From a virus: a stretch of DNA of 64,000 nucleotides. Shown piece by piece: positions 25,494 to 32,789 of the stretch. The notes beneath the pieces are model-generated. The model was not told the origin of the DNA and did no database searches. It saw only the letters and a program-made list of their open reading frames with translations. The DNA lies in IMG/VR virus record IMGVR_UViG_3300045996_001613, positions 19,578-83,577 of that record; one strand, 5' to 3'. Position 1 is the stretch's first letter. The number at the start of each line of letters is the position of its first letter. A program made the translations under genes and the position numbers.

Positions 25494-25786
25494 TGGAGAG
25501 CTACGTACAGGTCCTCTTCTATCACTCCAACTCGTTTCTACACGGCGGCGGCGGTTCAATCTTGGCTGAAGCTAACATGGTGGTGCTGCCCCGTGAGGGA
25601 GAGTACGTAATTGTGAATGGCTGGGGGCGCGAGGGATTTGGAATCAGTCCGTATCTAAGAGCTAGGGTAACTGCGGTGGAACACCGGGTATTTGACCATA
25701 CGGCGCGACAGCCGAGTGGCACCGCGTATGTGTACATCACACCAGTTGGAGGAGAAGAGAATGACGGGGAGAGTTCGGAAGATTGA
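25493..25786 (+). CDS. Hypothetical protein
   Basis: TAGTG coupling; LPREGEYV..VTAVEH pattern. Confidence 0.65.
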   Translation: MESYVQVLFYHSNSFLHGGGGSILAEANMVVLPREGEYVIVNGWGREGFGISPYLRARVTAVEHRVFDHTARQPSGTAYVYITPVGGEENDGESSED

Positions 25787-25982
25787 GTGCAATCGCGACC
25801 GAGCAGCAACGCCGGAGGTCAGGAGGAAGATCAGCGGAGGCGGTGAGCACGAGGTCCTGATCATCCATGCGGACGTAGCGTACGCGGAGCATGAAAATGG
25901 GCGCGAAGGATTCTTCTGCATAGTATGCGGGGACGGCCCACTTACTCGTGTGCGTTCAGATAACAAATACACATCGAGGTAG
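25761..25982 (+). CDS. Small hypothetical protein
   Basis: GGAGGAG SD before ATG 25761. Confidence 0.55.
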   Translation: MTGRVRKIECNRDRAATPEVRRKISGGGEHEVLIIHADVAYAEHENGREGFFCIVCGDGPLTRVRSDNKYTSR

Positions 25983-25985
25983 ACA

Positions 25986-26285
25986 ATGGAGTTACTGATT
26001 CCCGGATGGATGGTTCTGTCCGCAGCGGCTCTCGGGGGTGCTGCGGGTGGGTTCGTTGTGGTGGGCCTGGTATGGCGCGAATACACGCGCATGGACATGG
26101 CTCGGCACAACTACATGGCCCGCATGCTCACGGAACTGCGTAGCAAGCATAATGACTGGTCGGATCTCAGTGGAGAGGACATCTTCCGAGACGGCAAATA
26201 CAGCCTATCTGAAAGAATTATGCACCACCTGTTAGATCGACTATACGCGAGGGGTCGACCGTCAAAACCCACAAACAAGCCATAA
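25986..26285 (+). CDS. Membrane-anchored hypothetical protein
   Basis: GAGGT SD; N-terminal TM. Confidence 0.65.
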   Translation: MELLIPGWMVLSAAALGGAAGGFVVVGLVWREYTRMDMARHNYMARMLTELRSKHNDWSDLSGEDIFRDGKYSLSERIMHHLLDRLYARGRPSKPTNKP

Positions 26286-26303
26286 TAGGTGTAGAATGCA
26301 TAT

Positions 26304-26663
26304 GTGAGTCGTCAGATCACATTCTGGTACGTTGGGGATATAGCTTCCAAATCAAACTACCGATTCGGGTACTCCAAGAAGGCGAAGGATGCGTGGGCGA
26401 AGATCAAGACCTACGAGACCAAGATCGGGGAACTTGCGAACGAGGCCATGGTCCAGAAGGGATTTGTCTCTCGTAGGGGAGATGTAAAAGTGTCAATAGT
26501 AGCGTATAATCAGAAGGTTGACATAGACAACGTGTTCAAGGCAACACTCGATGGCATGGAGGGTATATGCTACCTAAAGGATTCTCAGGTCTCTTCGGTC
26601 GCAGCAAGAAAGGCGAAGGACAAGAAGGGGAAGCGGGCGAGGATAACAGTGACTTGGCTCTAG
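26304..26663 (+). CDS. rusA: RusA-like Holliday junction resolvase
   Basis: SKSN..DIDNVFKATLDG..KDSQV; TAGAAT 6 nt upstream (leaderless). Confidence 0.85.
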   Translation: MSRQITFWYVGDIASKSNYRFGYSKKAKDAWAKIKTYETKIGELANEAMVQKGFVSRRGDVKVSIVAYNQKVDIDNVFKATLDGMEGICYLKDSQVSSVAARKAKDKKGKRARITVTWL

Positions 26664-26893
26664 CCTCTCCGGGCAACGCACTCAAGTCCGTGGCTCATGC
26701 CTTCCGCGTAGTATTCTATGTGTTAGTAGTGATAATCTTCACTCTTTCCATAATGGGCGCTGGCATACACCTTGCCTTTCATGGGGTTGAAGTATCCTCA
26801 GACGCCTCGACGTGGTGGGGTGTGTGGTGGGGCGTCTTGTATACAGGGGCAGGGCTAGCACTGGTGGTCAGCATAGTGAAGTTGGGAGACTAA
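26654..26893 (+). CDS. Membrane protein (2 TM)
   Basis: Two hydrophobic helices; start uncertain. Confidence 0.55.
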   Translation: MALASPGNALKSVAHAFRVVFYVLVVIIFTLSIMGAGIHLAFHGVEVSSDASTWWGVWWGVLYTGAGLALVVSIVKLGD

Positions 26894-26894
26894 C

Positions 26895-27404
26895 ATGGCA
26901 GGTTTTAACCTAGAGAACTACACAGGGTACGAGGCGGCACTAGATCAGGTACATAAGCTGGGGATCTCAAAGACTGACAGCAATGTGGTGCAGTTTCCCA
27001 ATGAGGACAATGGGTGGACCGCGGTGGTGAAGGCCACTATCGTGCTGTCCGATGGCAGAGAGTTTAATGCCCTCGGAGACGCGAACTCAGACAGCATCAA
27101 GAGTGGGAGCATCAAGCCACACTATATCCGCATGGCGGAGACTAGGGCTAAGGGGCGCGTGTACCGGGAGGCGATCAACGACGGTGGCGACCCGGATCTA
27201 GGGTCTGGAAAGATAAGCGGACAGCAGGCTGAGGATCTGATACTCAAGTCTCTCGACGTTCTCGGACAGGGTGGCCCCACTAGGGTCGCGCAGAGATACG
27301 GCAAGGACTACGTCGCGGATCTTACTATGAAGGAAGCCGTACACGCGGGCAACATGCTCGACCGGCAGGTCGAAGAAGCCGCGGCAAAGGACGGTGAGGC
27401 ATAG
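26895..27404 (+). CDS. Putative ssDNA-annealing protein (Rad52/Sak-like)
   Basis: AVVKATIV..FNALGDA..IRMAETRAKGR. Confidence 0.6.
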   Translation: MAGFNLENYTGYEAALDQVHKLGISKTDSNVVQFPNEDNGWTAVVKATIVLSDGREFNALGDANSDSIKSGSIKPHYIRMAETRAKGRVYREAINDGGDPDLGSGKISGQQAEDLILKSLDVLGQGGPTRVAQRYGKDYVADLTMKEAVHAGNMLDRQVEEAAAKDGEA

Positions 27405-27542
27405 CACCGCTTGTAGGTGCTATCGAAGGTTGAGGGGCGCGAGAGAGCCCGAGAGAGATCGGGTGCGCCGTAGCAGGACGCTACGGCAACCGGACAGATG
27501 TCCGGAAAGCGAGGAGACGACACCCCTCCTTTCCCTTCCGCC
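27401..27542 (-). ncRNA. Putative multi-hairpin ncRNA at the convergence point
   Basis: Hairpins ATAGCACC/GGTGCTAT, CCCGA/TCGGG, GCCGTAGC/GCTACGGC, CCGGACA/TGTCCGG; closing GAGGGG/CCCCTC; own promoter. Confidence 0.55.
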
Positions 27543-27546
27543 TTGC

Positions 27547-27576
27547 ATTCTATGCTAAGTCAATGGAATACGTCAA
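27547..27576 (-). promoter_or_regulatory. Sigma70-type promoter
   Basis: TTGACG-18 nt-TAGAAT on the - strand. Confidence 0.7.
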
Positions 27577-27584
27577 GGAATAGG

Positions 27585-27608
27585 AAAGGCCCCCGGTGGA
27601 AGGGGCCT
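27585..27608 (-). terminator. Intrinsic terminator
   Basis: AGGCCCC-loop-GGGGCCTTT. Confidence 0.65.
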
Positions 27609-27630
27609 ACCCGGTTACTTGGCTGATCAC

Positions 27631-27639
27631 ATTATACCA
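27631..27639 (-). promoter_or_regulatory. Extended -10 promoter TGGTATAAT
   Basis: Perfect TGnTATAAT. Confidence 0.65.
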
Positions 27640-27643
27640 CAAG

Positions 27644-27671
27644 AAAAGCCCCCGGCCTCACTCGGGGGCTT
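27644..27671 (-). terminator. Intrinsic terminator
   Basis: AAGCCCCCG-loop-CGGGGGCTTTT. Confidence 0.75.
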
Positions 27672-27705
27672 ATGCAGGAGAAGAACTCCTACGCTGAACG
27701 ATAGT

Positions 27706-27714
27706 ATTATACCA
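27706..27714 (-). promoter_or_regulatory. Extended -10 promoter TGGTATAAT
   Basis: Perfect TGnTATAAT. Confidence 0.65.
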
Positions 27715-27724
27715 TAGGATAGCC

Positions 27725-27748
27725 AAAAGCCCCTCAACCAGAGGGGCC
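27725..27748 (-). terminator. Intrinsic terminator after the beta-helix gene
   Basis: GCCCCTC-loop-GAGGGGCTTTT. Confidence 0.7.
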
Positions 27749-27852
27749 TCAGCCGTGGGACTGATTATGTGTCCTCACCTTTGCGCATACAGAGTATATC
27801 ACACTCTAGAGTGTGGTGTCCTCCGGTCGAATTATCGGACCCATTACACCCC

Positions 27853-28851
27853 TTACTGGTTATTAGCGCAGCGCACTATGTTATCGGGCAGTTCGCAGCC
27901 CTTGAACGTCTCCCCGTTGAAGTCATTGTTCACCACGTCTATGTTAGACAGGTTTACGCGATCCGACCGGCCCGAGTCTGACGCAATCCCCGCGAGGTTC
28001 TTGGCGTTGTTGTCAAACACGTTGCCCTGCACCAGCGCGTTCTGAGAGTCGCGTATACTGACGCCTCCGCGGGTAGCCTCGGTCGAGTTGCCATGTATGT
28101 AGTTATCCTCGATCAGAGCCCCGCCGCTGCAGTTCTCATAGCGCACACCGCCGCGTGTGTTGCCTTCTACGTCGACGTTATGAATCCAGAACCCGTTAGG
28201 ATGGGTGGAACTTGGTGTGCAGCGCACGTCTCCCCATATGCCGTTGCCCTCATTGTCGTGCGCCCATCCACCGGACACCTCGATCACATTGATCGACTTG
28301 ATACCCGAGGACGTGAAGCCGAGGGCCGCGGCGGAACCGTTGTTGTCGAACTCGACGTCAAAGAACTTGCCATTGGCGTTACTTACGCCCATAGCTTCAT
28401 TGTTCGTGAACCGAGAGTTACGGACCACGGTGTTCTGTCCCGCGGAGCCTAGAGCTAATCCTGCACCACTGCCCGCGGACCCATCAAAGTTAGCCCCCTG
28501 TACTTGCACCCAATTTTGCGCATAGGGACCCTCCTTTGGCTTGATCACCTGATCGACGTTGTTAGTGCCGTTGACGATGCTAGTGATGTTCTCCGGATTG
28601 GTGCCGGCGACCGGACGGTTAGACACGGTGCCGGGTACCCCCACGAGTTCGTCTCCCTTGCGGGGCGCGATGGTCGCGGAAGTATTGTACGTACAGGACC
28701 CGAGCTTGAATGTGGTGCCGATGTCCTTGGCGTCGTTATTCACCACATTCGCGAGGTTCGACCCGCAGGGCACGTTGACCGTACGCGAAGCGCCCATCGA
28801 GAAGACCGCGACCACCGCGATCATCAGGGCTATTAGCATTACTTTCCTCAT
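27853..28851 (-). CDS. Secreted right-handed parallel beta-helix protein
   Basis: Signal peptide MRKVMLIALMIAVVAVFSMGA; repeats such as HDNEGNGIWGD, EGNTRGGVRYE, IEDNYIHGN. Confidence 0.8.
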   Translation of the reverse strand: MRKVMLIALMIAVVAVFSMGASRTVNVPCGSNLANVVNNDAKDIGTTFKLGSCTYNTSATIAPRKGDELVGVPGTVSNRPVAGTNPENITSIVNGTNNVDQVIKPKEGPYAQNWVQVQGANFDGSAGSGAGLALGSAGQNTVVRNSRFTNNEAMGVSNANGKFFDVEFDNNGSAAALGFTSSGIKSINVIEVSGGWAHDNEGNGIWGDVRCTPSSTHPNGFWIHNVDVEGNTRGGVRYENCSGGALIEDNYIHGNSTEATRGGVSIRDSQNALVQGNVFDNNAKNLAGIASDSGRSDRVNLSNIDVVNNDFNGETFKGCELPDNIVRCANNQ

Positions 28852-29003
28852 TCATTCCTCCCTTGTTCGGACAGTTGCTTTTCATTCATTTTACGCTGCT
28901 TGCGTGACTCTTTCCACGTCTTGTGTCTTTGGCGCATGGCAAACAGGGTACCCAGCGCAGTGATAGTACCCGTTATGCACAGATAGAATTCTACAGAAGT
29001 CAT
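28848..29003 (-). CDS. Small membrane protein
   Basis: MTSVEFYLCITGTITALGTLFAMRQRHK...; ATGA overlap with the next gene. Confidence 0.5.
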   Translation of the reverse strand: MTSVEFYLCITGTITALGTLFAMRQRHKTWKESRKQRKMNEKQLSEQGRNE

Positions 29004-29014
29004 TAGATTCCTAG

Positions 29015-29086
29015 TTGGGTATGTGGGGGTCGAACCCACCATTTCCGAGTTCCGAACCCGGAGTCACACCCCGCGACTTATACCCA
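29015..29086 (-). tRNA. tRNA-Pro(CGG), atypical D-arm and A8
   Basis: Acceptor TGGGTAT/ATACCCA; anticodon arm CCGGG-TTCGGAA-CTCGG; T-arm GTGGG-TTCGACC-CCCAC. Confidence 0.75.
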
Positions 29087-29110
29087 GCGATTACTCTGAA
29101 CGTATATCGC

Positions 29111-29264
29111 TAGGTCGTGGTCGATGTGAGTTTCCTGTGGTGATGTCCATAGGCCCATGATAACACATGATACGGCGCAGGCTCCCTCGTAACACACCTA
29201 CGCCCTGAAGAGGACTCCATACGGGGAGTCGAACCCCACGCCTCTCCACCCGGTCCACACCCTA
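29111..29264 (-). ncRNA. Putative structured RNA with a T-loop hairpin
   Basis: Ends pair (TAGG..GTGG/CCAC..CCTA); GGGG-TTCGACT-CCCC; GGCGTAGG/CCTGCGCC. Confidence 0.45.
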
Positions 29265-29266
29265 CG

Positions 29267-29338
29267 TCGCGGGCTTGGGAATCGAACCCAATATCTCCGG
29301 CGTATGAAACCGGCGAGTTACCATTTCTCCTGCCCGCA
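29267..29338 (-). tRNA. tRNA-Met(CAT), initiator-like, with A8
   Basis: TGCGGGC/GCCCGCG (U1.G72); GAG/CTC D-stem; CCGGT-TTCATAC-GCCGG; TTGGG-TTCGATT-CCCAA. Confidence 0.85.
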
Positions 29339-29340
29339 AT

Positions 29341-29576
29341 GTGCCGGACGCGCCCTCGCTTCCCGGCGTGGGTACCCCGCTATGTCCACCCTTCCGTTTT
29401 ACGGCCAAGGGCACGGCACCCGTCCCAATTTAGGCCGGACTCACCCCTCTGCTATCCGACTTGGGCCACTCCTCTTCACCTCGCGTGACCTCGCCCAACC
29501 GCGGCCTCCCACCATACGTACCGCGTATTTACAGGAACCGTCGGATGTCCCGCAACCCGTCCCACAGTGGAGACTC
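29341..29576 (-). ncRNA. Putative structured ncRNA between tRNA-Asn and tRNA-Met
   Basis: ATCCGAC/GTCGGAT, TTGGGC/GCCCAA, CGCGGT/GCCGCG, GGGTGCC/GGTACCC, GCCGGG/TCCGGC; TGGGACGGGT twice. Confidence 0.5.
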
Positions 29577-29579
29577 GTG

Positions 29580-29652
29580 CTGCGACGGTAGGAATCGAAC
29601 CTACAACCTTCGCCTTAACAGGGCGCTGCTCTGCCTGTTGAGCTACACCGCA
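29580..29652 (-). tRNA. tRNA-Asn(GTT)
   Basis: Canonical cloverleaf: GCTC/GAGC D-stem, CTGTTAA loop, GTAGG-TTCGATT-CCTAC, G73. Confidence 0.93.
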
Positions 29653-29718
29653 ATATTTCATTGTGGAGGGATCGCCCGCAACACGCCTCCAATGCGCCCC
29701 TACCCTAAAGCAAACCGA

Positions 29719-30138
29719 TCATGACGCACCCGCCGCAAAGTTTCTGCCAAGGTATTCTATAGCCCTCGCGAGGTTTTGTCTATTATCCTTCATGAGCCCT
29801 ATGCCGGTGTTGCAACTGTTGCAGAGAACCCCTCTCACAATATCCGTATCGTGGCAGTGGTCCACACGCATATTATTATTGTCGAGTTCTACGCTACAGA
29901 TCGGGCATATGCTGCCTTGGTTTGCCACGATCTCGTCGCGTTCTTCTAAGGTCATGTTGTACTTATGTTTGAGATTAGCACGAAGCCGATACTCCCCCGA
30001 GTTCCAGTGCTTGATGCACTTGGAGCACTTCCAACGTGGATTGGCGAGAGCCGGTGTGCGCTGATAGGTAGTGAGTCCGTGGTGCTTACAGACCCTGTAC
30101 GTGTATTCAAGAATGGGGGCGTTACGCCTCTTTCTCAT
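29719..30138 (-). CDS. HNH endonuclease, endonuclease VII family
   Basis: KYNMT..QGSICPIC..VDHCHDTDIVRGVLCNSCNTGIG. Confidence 0.92.
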   Translation of the reverse strand: MRKRRNAPILEYTYRVCKHHGLTTYQRTPALANPRWKCSKCIKHWNSGEYRLRANLKHKYNMTLEERDEIVANQGSICPICSVELDNNNMRVDHCHDTDIVRGVLCNSCNTGIGLMKDNRQNLARAIEYLGRNFAAGAS

Positions 30139-30159
30139 GCGCCACGCCCCCCTAGATTA

Positions 30160-30381
30160 ATGCCGGTCCCTCGGGCACAACCGCGAATGATCGCGGCCCC
30201 TACGTCCGCTGACTCATGACCGGCCCTACCAACGTATTGCGGCGGCAACATTGAGATGGAGCCGCCGATAATATCAAGTTCAAGCCGGAGAGCCACTGTC
30301 GGTATCGGGAAGATCAGGCGACAGGAAACCCAGGATTTTTTTTCTCGCGGATTTTTCAACTCCTGCCGTTGACTCTCCGGC
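30160..30381 (-). ncRNA. Putative structured RNA upstream of the HNH gene
   Basis: GCCGGAGAG/CTCTCCGGC, CTGTCG/CGACAG, GGCGGC/GCCGCC, GCCGGTC/GACCGGC, CCGCGA/TCGCGG. Confidence 0.5.
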
Positions 30382-30412
30382 CCACCCATACTACTCTCCC
30401 CCTCCTTAGATT

Positions 30413-31438
30413 TCAAGACCCACTTTTGAACCGTACATTGTGCTGGTCCTCTATGTACCCGTCCTCGTCCAGCCGGTACGCGACCGACCCGACGCGGCTG
30501 GCAACCCGTAGTTCCTCCTCGTAGTCGTCGCCCTCCGCGATGGCTGGGAGCCGTATTAATTCCATCTCCGCGGCCTCGGAGACCTCGCGGTGGTGAAGAT
30601 GCCCGATGTAGTAGTAGTAGTGCTCGACGAAGGCGCGATCCTCCACGCTGGCAACCATACTGACAGCCGTACGACTCTTCTCATGGGCCGAGGGGCTGCT
30701 TAGGGAGTTGATTCCCTTGCCGTGGTCAAAGAAGTGCATGCACTTCCCCTCCTTGAACCACACTTTCTGATCGTTGCGGACGTTGACAGTGACGCCGGGA
30801 ACGTTTCTATACCATGCGTCTACTTCTCTATAAGTCAGGTGGAGAAAGATGTGATCGTGGTTGCCCTCGGTGAACTCTATCTCCACCTCGTCACAGACCT
30901 CCCGGAGCCTGTCTATGCGATACTTCTCCGCCGCGGAACCCTCCTCTATGACCTTCTTGGCCCGCGTATCTTGGTGAAGTTGCGTGCCCGACTGCGTCTG
31001 CCCGTCAATCGCGTGCCAGAAGTCCCCGATATTTGTAGCGTAGATCTTCCGGCAGTGTCCGGGCTGGCGCAAGATCCACGCGGCTACATCGTCCGCGGTC
31101 TCACGTATGCGCTGACACGCGATGTGGGTGTCGTAGTCCTCTCCCCACCCCTCCTTGCCCCACACGTACTTGCCTATGTGGGGATCGGCTATAGGTGCAT
31201 GACACACCCAATCGGGACCCTCGTCTTTGACGTACTTGACCTTGCGTGGGCGCTTCTCCTCCTCACGCACAAAGCCCTCGTGAATGGCTTCTGCTGCCAC
31301 GATGGACAGTTCCCGCCAGTCATAGAGGGCTGCTTGTATTTTCTGTAGTTCGGTGTTTGCGCTAGTGAGTCTACTTTGGAATCGCTTTAGATCCCTCCGG
31401 TGTGCATCGTGGCTATACCACCACTGTGCGCTTGCCAC
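30413..31438 (-). CDS. Calcineurin-like metallophosphoesterase
   Basis: ADPHIG, GDFWH, GNHD, DHGK, GHLHH. Confidence 0.9.
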   Translation of the reverse strand: MASAQWWYSHDAHRRDLKRFQSRLTSANTELQKIQAALYDWRELSIVAAEAIHEGFVREEEKRPRKVKYVKDEGPDWVCHAPIADPHIGKYVWGKEGWGEDYDTHIACQRIRETADDVAAWILRQPGHCRKIYATNIGDFWHAIDGQTQSGTQLHQDTRAKKVIEEGSAAEKYRIDRLREVCDEVEIEFTEGNHDHIFLHLTYREVDAWYRNVPGVTVNVRNDQKVWFKEGKCMHFFDHGKGINSLSSPSAHEKSRTAVSMVASVEDRAFVEHYYYYIGHLHHREVSEAAEMELIRLPAIAEGDDYEEELRVASRVGSVAYRLDEDGYIEDQHNVRFKSGS

Positions 31439-31473
31439 TCGGACCTCCCGTATACCGCTTACACGTCGGGAGT

Positions 31474-31493
31474 ATTATACCTCAACTATTGAC
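31474..31493 (-). promoter_or_regulatory. Promoter-like TATAAT with upstream GTCAATAG
   Basis: - strand GTCAATAGTTGAGGTATAAT in the intergenic gap. Confidence 0.55.
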
Positions 31494-31499
31494 GATTCT

Positions 31500-31904
31500 C
31501 TAGTTGAAATTTCCTTTAACGATAGACTGTGGATTGTAGATCAGCGTGTCCAGCATGTCCCTTAGCTCTCGGCGCTGCTCTCTGTAGGACGGAACACGAG
31601 GATCGGATAGCCGGAAGGTGTTGGGTGCCATAGAGTAGTCTATGACTACCGGGATGTCCATGAACGAAGTGCTCTTTTCGCGCTCCAGACCACGAAGGAA
31701 CGCACGAGCCATCGCCCCTTCGAGGTTTTTAAGCATGATACGATTAATCTCTTTTTCCAGCGCATCGCGGTCCTCTTCGTCCATGTTCTCTAGCATCTTA
31801 CTCAGCTTGGGGGCGTCCGCATCTTGCACGGTCTTGAGGAAAGGGGCGAAGTCTCCGCCACCCTTCCCTCTCCTGAGACCGGGGTCTCCCGCATTAGGCA
31901 TCAA
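31500..31904 (-). CDS. Hypothetical protein
   Basis: Coupled to the holin gene; 134 aa. Confidence 0.65.
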   Translation of the reverse strand: MMPNAGDPGLRRGKGGGDFAPFLKTVQDADAPKLSKMLENMDEEDRDALEKEINRIMLKNLEGAMARAFLRGLEREKSTSFMDIPVVIDYSMAPNTFRLSDPRVPSYREQRRELRDMLDTLIYNPQSIVKGNFN

Positions 31905-32142
31905 AACGATCCCCCTTGCGTCCGGGCTTTATCCCGAGGGATGCCTTGGAGCGCGTGTAACGCTGTGCCGTTAGCCCCGCGAGCACCTGCACGACCACTA
32001 CTAGGGTCGCAAGTTGCTCCTCGGTGAGTGCGTTGTCCACGCCCGTCAGCGCGATTACCCCCGCGTTGATCGCCGCGGCAATAGCCTGACTAACCGGAAT
32101 AGGATACTGCTTGAGCAGTTTCTTGATCTTCCTCATATTCAT
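31894..32142 (-). CDS. Putative holin
   Basis: Two TM helices, basic termini, MNMRK possible dual start; follows the lysin. Confidence 0.7.
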   Translation of the reverse strand: MNMRKIKKLLKQYPIPVSQAIAAAINAGVIALTGVDNALTEEQLATLVVVVQVLAGLTAQRYTRSKASLGIKPGRKGDRFDA

Positions 32143-32789
32143 TGCTTACCTCCTCTCTGCTGACCTATCACGGCCATTACATCTTTAGTTGGTGCGTCGG
32201 GAGCCGTGACCCGACTAAGACGGTTTTTCCAATGTCGCTCTAGCCGAGCGAAGTCTACATCATAGGGGTTGTCCGGGTTGTTCGACCGTCCATTGCCATC
32301 GTTGTACGCCTCGATAGCGTTTAGGTAGTCATACCGCGACAAGAGGCTGTCGAGGAATCTGATCGCGACGCGCAGTTGGTAACGAACAACGTGTGCCCCA
32401 CCTTCACGGTTCGCCTCGATTACGAAGTCCTTCATCGTAAGCTGTGGGACTCCGACGCCGTTCTGTCCCCCACCTTCCTCGATATTAAGAAGCAGAGCAA
32501 CCACCCGGTCCTGGGTCACCGGCACGCGGCAATACGGGGGCTCCTCGGTCCACGAGGGTCCCCAATCGCATCCAAAGATGTTCCTAGCCCCACTCTCCTT
32601 TTCCGCGAGGGCCGCGATCCGGGCTACATTGATACGCTTGCTATTAAACTGCCGTACCTCGCTGACTAGGATGCTGCCGATAGGCTCATATGGACCTAGC
32701 CAGTCGTAGTGATTGGCAAAGTAGCGGTCAATTATCTGCACCTTGGCAGAATCCCTTACGCCGAACTCTAGTCTCGATCCGCCTCGCAT
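32139..32789 (-). CDS. Endolysin, lysozyme-like/SLT fold
   Basis: EKESGARN, GVGVPQL, EAYNDG motifs; TAATG coupling gives start 32789. Confidence 0.75.
   Translation of the reverse strand: MRGGSRLEFGVRDSAKVQIIDRYFANHYDWLGPYEPIGSILVSEVRQFNSKRINVARIAALAEKESGARNIFGCDWGPSWTEEPPYCRVPVTQDRVVALLLNIEEGGGQNGVGVPQLTMKDFVIEANREGGAHVVRYQLRVAIRFLDSLLSRYDYLNAIEAYNDGNGRSNNPDNPYDVDFARLERHWKNRLSRVTAPDAPTKDVMAVIGQQRGGKQ

Noticed and set aside
27580-27750. CRISPR or TIGR-type array
   Set aside because: The repeats are not identical and are terminator hairpins plus -10 boxes; no Cas or Nop-domain gene is visible
29214-29262. Fourth tRNA gene
   Set aside because: Only a T-arm is present; no acceptor or anticodon stem could be built
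29660-30400. Group I intron carrying the HNH
   Set aside because: No P7 core or flanking exons were identifiable by eye; not excluded without a covariance search
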